Of a stretch of 64,000 bases of DNA, positions 28,334 to 34,951 are shown piece after piece. The stretch is from a virus: the IMG/VR virus record IMGVR_UViG_3300008259_000011, positions 1-64,000 of that record; one strand, written 5' to 3'. The position numbers and the translations under genes are program-made. Positions within the stretch are counted from its first letter, which is position 1. Every line of letters begins with the position of its first letter. A model generated the notes under the pieces. It saw only the letters and a list, made by a program, of their open reading frames with translations, did not search any database and was not told where the DNA came from.

Positions 28334-29306
28334 AATTACTATACTCACTCGGATCACTACTTAACCTACTTATGACAATATCATTACGACTGAATTTTAC
28401 ATCTGGTATTTTCTTCCAAGTATATCCCCCACCTGTTTCATAAACATCATACGGTATATCTATTTCATATATACCTTCTTTAAACTGTCCAACAACATAT
28501 ACGTGTTGTTCATAATTACTACAAACACTCTGTACATTCTCAATCTTGTGACGATACAATACATTGATCAAATCATCAGCAATTAAATGACATATACCCC
28601 CGCTTCCTAACTCATCGTTTTGACCGTTATGATCTTGTTTCCACGCATCATACTGTTTTTGAGCAACCTTCACCATTTCATCCTTTACCACATCGGTAAT
28701 CTCAGAAACGCTGTTCAATGTTGACACATCAAACTCGGCTTCATCTAACTTTCCAAAATCATTAAATCTATCGTCATTTATCTTATTTTTAACATCTTGT
28801 ATCAAATCATTTAAAGTACGATAGTCAGTAAACAGTACTGAAGAAACATTATTTGCCGGAATTAATGTTGATAATTTGTTCCCTGATCTGTCCTGTAAAA
28901 TTAAAGTACATCTAAAACGCATCAACTTATTTGGAGTATTTAAATCTTTAGGTTCTAAACTTTTAGAGGGCATGTTTATTAGATAATCATCATCTGCCAT
29001 CGTAAATTTATTAGTCAATTCGCTTTCGGGTACCTTGTCAAATTCATTAACAATATTGACAAAATAAAGTTTATCATTGGTTTCTATATGAAATCTCGCA
29101 CGTAACGAACTGTTATGTATCAATACACGTTTGGGCATATTGAACTTTTTTTGATCTTTTATAAAATCAGCAACATCAAATAAGTCTACTTCATATTCCG
29201 GAAATGAACGAACCAATTGATTCAAACAAATACTACCAAACTTTTCAGCAGTCATGTAACCCTGACCATCAACTATCTCATTTAATAAATCTTTGAGTTT
29301 AATCAT
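28317..29306 (-). CDS. Hypothetical protein; putative internal head protein with a possible Cys-His-Asp catalytic domain
   Basis: N-terminal MIKLKDLLNE leader; C-terminal GGICHLIA...QHVYVV...IDIP. Confidence 0.6.
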   Translation of the reverse strand: MIKLKDLLNEIVDGQGYMTAEKFGSICLNQLVRSFPEYEVDLFDVADFIKDQKKFNMPKRVLIHNSSLRARFHIETNDKLYFVNIVNEFDKVPESELTNKFTMADDDYLINMPSKSLEPKDLNTPNKLMRFRCTLILQDRSGNKLSTLIPANNVSSVLFTDYRTLNDLIQDVKNKINDDRFNDFGKLDEAEFDVSTLNSVSEITDVVKDEMVKVAQKQYDAWKQDHNGQNDELGSGGICHLIADDLINVLYRHKIENVQSVCSNYEQHVYVVGQFKEGIYEIDIPYDVYETGGGYTWKKIPDVKFSRNDIVISRLSSDPSEYSNYVDTV

Positions 29307-29812
29307 AGGTTAATATAGTATTTACCATTGGGACCACTATATTTGAATCCGTTAATCGGTATAACAATATTTAACCCATCTTTGGTATACGGAAACTTAC
29401 CTTTTTGAACATACGCTAATGTCATATGTGGATGATAATCAGGATAACTATCGTCATTTGGCAATCTATCACAACGTTGACGTAATTCCATCAATTGTTG
29501 ATTGTTCTTATCAACATCAAATTTAACCACGTCATATTTGTCATTGTTAAATTGACTCAACGCTTTTAACACAATGTTAAATGGTTTGACGCCTTTCAAA
29601 ATGTTTGCCACATCACGTTTCTGTAAATCTGGTAAAAATCCATACTTCAAAGTAACATGCGGTTCTTCATCATAACCATATGTTGGATCTTCTGGATCTG
29701 TATACAATATCTCCGGGGGTATTGCTGTTTTACCTATACGAACAATGTGTGGTCCATACGTTGGTTCCACCAATGCCATCAAACATCCTTTTTCTACATG
29801 ACGATTACTCAT
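29303..29812 (-). CDS. 2H phosphodiesterase, Acb1/T4 gp57B-like (candidate anti-CBASS nuclease)
   Basis: Two HxT motifs: EPHVTLKYG and DYHPHMTLAY. The true start is probably MSNRHVEKG (29812), 4 nt after the upstream stop. Confidence 0.75.
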   Translation of the reverse strand: MSNRHVEKGCLMALVEPTYGPHIVRIGKTAIPPEILYTDPEDPTYGYDEEPHVTLKYGFLPDLQKRDVANILKGVKPFNIVLKALSQFNNDKYDVVKFDVDKNNQQLMELRQRCDRLPNDDSYPDYHPHMTLAYVQKGKFPYTKDGLNIVIPINGFKYSGPNGKYYINL

Positions 29813-29816
29813 AAAA

Positions 29817-30428
29817 TTACCAGTATCTACCTTTGCCTTTGGTTCCCAAACTCTTGATACGATGACTACGGCAACTCCAATATCCAGCTGTAGTTCTATC
29901 TTTCTTTTGACTACATTTGTGACGTGCTCTAAAACTCTTTCTACGAGCTTTACTACTTGCACGTATTCTCATTTTTGGATCACCAAATGATACCTTTTTA
30001 ATATTACCATTCTTACCTCTTACATACACCGCAAACTTCTTTGCACCACCGGGAGTTCTAAATGGACGATTCAAATGAACTGTACGACCACGGTGTTTAA
30101 CTTCCAATATCTGATCTTCATCTTCTTCAATAGGAGCGTCCAAGTATACTTCACGACCTTCATACAAACCAGTAGCACCAAGATCACTTTCGATTAGTTC
30201 TACGTCTTCATCGTTAAGTTCAATAAAATCAAGATCGTATAAACTACGAACTTCACTGATCAATTCAAAATACTTTTCACTATATGTACGAAATACATTT
30301 TCGGTCAATGACAATCCCTTTTCCAAGTGAAACCGTAACTCTGCTGAGATCATAGCATCTGGACGAGTCAATTTCATTGGTTCTGGATCATAGTTTTCAC
30401 CAGACATTATTCCTTTTAGTTTGATCAT
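29817..30428 (-). CDS. Phage hypothetical protein with an acidic N-half and a highly basic C-terminal domain
   Basis: MIKLKGIMSGE leader; KKFAVYV..KKVSFGDP...RKSFRARHKC...AGYWSC, a motif I recall from T4-like phage hypotheticals. Confidence 0.7.
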   Translation of the reverse strand: MIKLKGIMSGENYDPEPMKLTRPDAMISAELRFHLEKGLSLTENVFRTYSEKYFELISEVRSLYDLDFIELNDEDVELIESDLGATGLYEGREVYLDAPIEEDEDQILEVKHRGRTVHLNRPFRTPGGAKKFAVYVRGKNGNIKKVSFGDPKMRIRASSKARRKSFRARHKCSQKKDRTTAGYWSCRSHRIKSLGTKGKGRYW

Positions 30429-30431
30429 AAG

Positions 30432-30439
30432 TATAAGTA
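30432..30439 (-). promoter_or_regulatory. Putative late promoter variant TACTTATA
   Basis: 3 nt before the ATG at 30428, immediately after the capsid gene terminator. Confidence 0.55.
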
Positions 30440-30447
30440 TTAACTAT

Positions 30448-30486
30448 TAAATAAAAAACCCCACTCTTTCGAGTGGGGTTTCGTTT
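30448..30486 (-). terminator. Intrinsic terminator after the major capsid gene
   Basis: Minus strand AAACCCCACTC-GAAA-GAGTGGGGTTTTTTATTT. Confidence 0.9.
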
Positions 30487-30508
30487 AGACTTTATCGTCT
30501 ACTCAAGA

Positions 30509-32134
30509 TTATACTTGATCGAGATCACCGACAAGAATCTTGCCGTAGAACTCTGGACGCACAATCTTCTTGGCGTAGCGAGTCATCACACCACGACGTG
30601 GGGTGAAGTTCACTGGATCATAGACCAATGGGGTTTGTACGAGTGGGATGTATGGAGCATACACTGCACCGGTTTCGAGGAAGTTGTTTCCACGGAAACC
30701 AACCAAGATGGTGTTTTCAACCATGTATGGGTTCTTGTAGACTTGGAAACGACTTGCGAAGTTACCAACCTTGCTTACACCCATTGCGAACTTGGCGCTG
30801 TCACCATCAGTGTTGACAACGAAGCCTGGAATTGACTCCAAGATTGTTGCAACGTCTGGTGAACAGACGAGGAAGTTAGCACCACCACGGAGGGTCAATT
30901 GGTGAATCTTGTTGCTGACCTTTTGGATCTTGTTACCAAGAGTTTGGAACCAAGTTGACTTGGTGTAGTATCCACCGGTACCAGCGGTTGTGGTATCAGT
31001 GATGACTCCACTGTCGCTGATTTCACGGTTGATCTTAGCGCTCCAACGTGAGGTGGTTACGCTTGGAACGTTGGTGATCAACATGTCAAGGATTTCGAGG
31101 TCGATTTCCATTGATACGTACTCACTCAAGAGAGCAGTCAATTCTGCCTCTGCGTCGATGCTGTGGTAAGCATTCAAGTCTTGAGCAAGTTCAGGTGTCC
31201 AAACGGCCTTCAACTTACGGGTCTTGGCAACGATTGGCTCACTCTTCAACTCAAGGTTAACTTCAGGGATACCGATTGAGCTCAAGCTGTCGGTTGTGGT
31301 CTTGTCTTCGAAATCACCACGATTGCTGTCCTTAGGTTGTACACTGTAGTTAACGGTCAAGCTAGCAGAAGCTGGGTTTGAACCGGAAACAACGAAGGTT
31401 ACTTCTGAACCATTGATTGAGGTCAATGATGGGAAGTAGGTGTTGATGCTACCTGCGGTGATGGTGAATGAACGAACACCGTTGGCGTCGAACACGTTAC
31501 CAGCAGCACTTGAAGCACTGTACAAGTTGGTGGTGGTCAAAGTGAAAACTTCGCCAGCAGCAACAGATGCACTGAAGGTTGCGTCATAGTTAACGCCACT
31601 CAAACTTGACACAGCAGCGCGGGTAGCGGTGATGTGATTGATTGATTGATCGTTAATTGAGTAACCGAAACGACCTGCACCGTAGAGACCACCAGTTGCA
31701 CTATCGGTTGAACCGAGCTTGGTGCCGGTACCGCCGAAGAGTGAACTATAGTTGTTTGATGCATCCTTAGTGAAAGCACCGTTGTTGGTACCATACTTGA
31801 AGTCTAAATAGAAGATAAGACCGCTTGGGAGGTTCATTGGTTGAACGCTCACAAACTCCTTAGCAGCGATTTCAGCAAACACACGGCGAACGAGTGGGAG
31901 AGCAACGCCTGCCCATTGTTCACTGTTTGATGAAGTACCGGTTGCGGTAGCTTCGTCAAGAAGTTGCTTTGCTTGGTTTTCAAGAAGGATTGACATGTTT
32001 GCCTTCTCGACGCCATTTAGGCCTTCGAGCAAACCAGTTTGATCCCACTTTGATTGTAGTCCACGGGTCTTGGCCATAAGCTCTGCCTGTGGATTCATAT
32101 TTGTTGTTAGAAGTGACTTTACATCAGCACTCAT
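30509..32134 (-). CDS. gp23: Major capsid protein, T4 gp23-like
   Basis: LPLVRRVF..FVSVQPMNLPSGLIFYL, AKTRKLKAVWTPELAQDLNAYH, YAPYIPL, FTPRRGVMTRY; strongly biased codons (AAC/TTC/ATC). Confidence 0.97.
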   Translation of the reverse strand: MSADVKSLLTTNMNPQAELMAKTRGLQSKWDQTGLLEGLNGVEKANMSILLENQAKQLLDEATATGTSSNSEQWAGVALPLVRRVFAEIAAKEFVSVQPMNLPSGLIFYLDFKYGTNNGAFTKDASNNYSSLFGGTGTKLGSTDSATGGLYGAGRFGYSINDQSINHITATRAAVSSLSGVNYDATFSASVAAGEVFTLTTTNLYSASSAAGNVFDANGVRSFTITAGSINTYFPSLTSINGSEVTFVVSGSNPASASLTVNYSVQPKDSNRGDFEDKTTTDSLSSIGIPEVNLELKSEPIVAKTRKLKAVWTPELAQDLNAYHSIDAEAELTALLSEYVSMEIDLEILDMLITNVPSVTTSRWSAKINREISDSGVITDTTTAGTGGYYTKSTWFQTLGNKIQKVSNKIHQLTLRGGANFLVCSPDVATILESIPGFVVNTDGDSAKFAMGVSKVGNFASRFQVYKNPYMVENTILVGFRGNNFLETGAVYAPYIPLVQTPLVYDPVNFTPRRGVMTRYAKKIVRPEFYGKILVGDLDQV

Positions 32135-32176
32135 AATATTATTCCTGTTTGTTTAATTTGTTGTTATCAGACTTTA

Positions 32177-33244
32177 TTACTTCTTAATGCCAGCGAGCGT
32201 CTTGAATCTCTCTGCCATTTGGTTACCACCAGCAACAATTGGTTGTGATGGTTTTGTACTTGCAACTGCCTTACTTGCCAAACCTTCGGTGATAGTAGTT
32301 GCAGTTGTATTTTTCTTCTTAACAACTGATCCACCCAAATTAAACGATTCGGCCATAATAGCATAGGTTAATTTAACCTCACGTACACTCGTAGTGAGAT
32401 CAAAGTTTTCGACAACCTTCATCTTTTGTTCATTGTTCAAACTAAATTGCTTGAACAACTTGTTGGTATAAAGCAACTTGGCATTCAACAAGTTAACTTC
32501 ATTGATTTGGCTGCGCAAAATTTCAACGGTCTTCATTGCTTCATCACGTTGTGCGGTGACTTCTGCAATTTGTTCCTCATAAACGGACTCATCCTTTTCA
32601 GAGTCGTCGTCATTCTTTTCCTTTTCTTCTGCCTCACCATCTTCCTTCTTGGCTTCACTTAGACCCTCTTCGGATTCAAGTTCAGCGAGAAGTTCGTCAA
32701 GAGAAATCTCTTCGATTTCTTCTGCGGCAGGAGCAGCTGCGGCATCAGGAGCAGGTGCTGGAGCAGGAGCAGCTGCGGCATTAGGATCCGCAGGAGCGGC
32801 TGGTGCAGCGGCCATTGGGGTATCAGACACAGGAGCAGCTGGAGCAGGTGTGTCAGACACAGGAGCAGGAGCAGGTGCTGGAACAGCAGTTGGATCTGCT
32901 GGTGCAGCAGGAGCAGCCATCATGTTTGGATCGGCTGGAGCTGGTTCACCTTCTTCTTCCATTGCATCCTTTTCGAGTTCGGCAATAATTTCTTCCAATT
33001 CAGCATCACTGATTTGGTCTTCTTGTGCCATACCATCTTCTGATGGTTGTGTCATAGTGTCGTTTGAAGAAATAGCATTACCAGATGACATACCTTCATC
33101 TGCGGCTTCTTCCTTTAGTCTTTCTGCGAACAATGCTTGCACACGTTCACCGAAGGCTTCTTCAAGTGCTACCTTTGCATTTGCAAGAGCGGTAGCACGA
33201 ACTGCCTTAGCGTCCGCAAGCGCTTCTTTTAATAGATCTGACAT
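32177..33244 (-). CDS. gp22: Prohead core/scaffold protein, T4 gp22-like
   Basis: Acidic coiled-coil with an Ala/Pro linker, EVNLLNAKLLYTNKLF, ending RFKTLAGIKK; immediately upstream of the capsid gene. Confidence 0.8.
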   Translation of the reverse strand: MSDLLKEALADAKAVRATALANAKVALEEAFGERVQALFAERLKEEAADEGMSSGNAISSNDTMTQPSEDGMAQEDQISDAELEEIIAELEKDAMEEEGEPAPADPNMMAAPAAPADPTAVPAPAPAPVSDTPAPAAPVSDTPMAAAPAAPADPNAAAAPAPAPAPDAAAAPAAEEIEEISLDELLAELESEEGLSEAKKEDGEAEEKEKNDDDSEKDESVYEEQIAEVTAQRDEAMKTVEILRSQINEVNLLNAKLLYTNKLFKQFSLNNEQKMKVVENFDLTTSVREVKLTYAIMAESFNLGGSVVKKKNTTATTITEGLASKAVASTKPSQPIVAGGNQMAERFKTLAGIKK

Positions 33245-33336
33245 ATTATATTTTCCTTGTGGTTCTGAAGTTATTGAGGAGGAACTTCAATCGAATTTTT
33301 TATTATTGTGGCAGCAAAGACTTTGCCGCATTTGAA

Positions 33337-33407
33337 TATAAATATATACGTTTTTTTTAAAACATATAAAAATCTTCATGTTTGTATGGTATTAACGTCT
33401 ATTTATA
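33337..33407. promoter_or_regulatory. Divergent pair of late-type motifs (minus strand 33337-33344; plus strand 33400-33407)
   Basis: TATTTATA lies on the coding strand of each of the two divergent genes. Confidence 0.6.
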
Positions 33408-33421
33408 TAGCATCGTAATTT

Positions 33422-33937
33422 ATGTCTAAAGATTCAAAAACACAGCTTAAAACACTCATTAAGAAGTTGATATATGAGGTGTTAGATGAAGCTGAACGTG
33501 AAACTATCGTTGATAAAAAGGAGATTCAGTTGAATCCTCCTAATACATTTGAATCATATTTGAAACAAAACGTGGGTGTTTCATTTACAAATGAAGAAAG
33601 AGTAGCATCTACAGTTCCAAACATACGTACTCCCTTTTCACGTACCCAATTTGAAATTCGTTATAAAAGTACCGAAGATATTTTAAACGGTGGTAAAATG
33701 GAAAAGATTAACAAAACCACCGTAGTTAAAAAGATTCGTTCTGGAAACTTGTTGGCATATAAGAGTTTTACTTTGATTGAACCAACACAAAAACCTGAAT
33801 CCCCCGATCCAAAAAAGCCAGAACCAATCAAAGTGACAATTATTACATCTGACAGTTTCACTAATATCAAAGGTGATACACAACTGTTACCAGATTTCCT
33901 TCAGAAAATAAATGACGCTGGCAATATAGGACTATAA
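33422..33937 (+). CDS. Hypothetical protein (inverted orientation; possible head-associated protein)
   Basis: 171-aa ORF; LKTLIKKLIYEVLDE leader resembles LKELIKKLIKQEL in 39083-39820. Confidence 0.75.
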   Translation: MSKDSKTQLKTLIKKLIYEVLDEAERETIVDKKEIQLNPPNTFESYLKQNVGVSFTNEERVASTVPNIRTPFSRTQFEIRYKSTEDILNGGKMEKINKTTVVKKIRSGNLLAYKSFTLIEPTQKPESPDPKKPEPIKVTIITSDSFTNIKGDTQLLPDFLQKINDAGNIGL

Positions 33938-33938
33938 T

Positions 33939-34886
33939 ATGGACAAAATCAGTGGAATAGTACAAACACACAATCCAAATAAAGAAGGTAAACATCCGCA
34001 TTTGATCAATCGATCAAAAGCAAGTCACATGTTGAACCCACAGAAAGTGGAAGATACAGATACCAATTTGGTTCCTCTTAAAGATTGGAAACCCGGTGAT
34101 ATTGAAATGTTTGCAAGTATGGGGTTCTCAGGAGTAAACTCCGGAGACGAAGGATATCACATGGAAGAAGACAGTCTTCCTACAGAACTTGCAGATGAAA
34201 AGAAGTTTACACGACGTATATCCAGAACCAAAGATCATAAATGGGTACTCGAAAAGAAAAGTTTTTCAGAACCAAATGGTTCTTACAAATTAGAAAAAGT
34301 ATATGGTAAACTAATGGGTACCGATAAAAATCCCGGTCTATTAGATTATTTTGATACATTAACAAACGAATTGACAGAAAATCTATATTTATACAAAAGT
34401 ATGAAATTAAAATCTATCATAGAAAACCTTCCAGCATCAAAGATGTCACCACCTCAATCTGACATCACCGCAGTAAGTAAACACGCTGTTGCTGAAACTA
34501 CACACCCAGAACCAGTCGCACAAGCACCAGTGGTTCAACGTGGTCTATCCAAAGAACAAAAGAAGATGCTTCAAGAGTTGGTGTTTGAATATAACAAATA
34601 CAATGAAGTGTTGGAAGCACGTAAAACTTTGATGGAAGTCGCCAATAAGATGGGAAACATCGGTGAACTATCAGAAGCATACTTGGTAGAAAAACTTCAT
34701 GAAGGTAACAAAGAAGAAAACGCATGGTTCGAAGAAAAGACCATTCGTAAACATACTAACGAAATCAAAAAGATGACCACCGAATTCAAGAAGATGGCAG
34801 CTGACTGTGAATCAAAAATGAGAGAAATGCAAGGTCTATATCAAGAATGTGGCATGATGTTGGAACGTTATTTCCACATGGAATAA
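33939..34886 (+). CDS. Hypothetical protein with a coiled-coil C-half; probable nested start at 34401
   Basis: 315-aa ORF ending before a terminator; internal TATTTATA followed by in-frame MKLKSIIE. Confidence 0.75.
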   Translation: MDKISGIVQTHNPNKEGKHPHLINRSKASHMLNPQKVEDTDTNLVPLKDWKPGDIEMFASMGFSGVNSGDEGYHMEEDSLPTELADEKKFTRRISRTKDHKWVLEKKSFSEPNGSYKLEKVYGKLMGTDKNPGLLDYFDTLTNELTENLYLYKSMKLKSIIENLPASKMSPPQSDITAVSKHAVAETTHPEPVAQAPVVQRGLSKEQKKMLQELVFEYNKYNEVLEARKTLMEVANKMGNIGELSEAYLVEKLHEGNKEENAWFEEKTIRKHTNEIKKMTTEFKKMAADCESKMREMQGLYQECGMMLERYFHME

Positions 34887-34899
34887 TTAATGTATAAAT

Positions 34900-34935
34900 A
34901 AAAAAAGAAACCCACTCGAAAGAGTGGGTTTTTTG
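34900..34935. terminator. Bidirectional intrinsic terminator between convergent genes
   Basis: A-tract, then AAACCCACTC-GAAA-GAGTGGGTTTTTT; nearly identical to the capsid gene terminator. Confidence 0.88.
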
Positions 34936-34951
34936 TTGTTCAGGTTAAGTA

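Noticed and set aside
29813-29962. N-terminal 50 aa of the tracked 219-aa ORF
   Set aside because: It overlaps the upstream gene. The 2H domain and an ATG 4 nt after the upstream stop indicate a start at 29812.
32649-33335. 228-aa plus-strand Ala/Ser/Gly-rich ORF (likewise 36210-36716, 56754-57536 and 48882-49491)
   Set aside because: These are antisense to well-supported minus-strand genes and have no independent motifs or start signals.
33245-33421. tRNA or other known ncRNA in the largest intergenic gap
   Set aside because: No cloverleaf or T-loop consensus is present, only two hairpins, which are reported as a leader structure.
34893-34900. Late motif on the minus strand pointing antisense into 33939-34886
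   Set aside because: It overlaps the T-tract of the bidirectional terminator and is probably a by-product of that tract.
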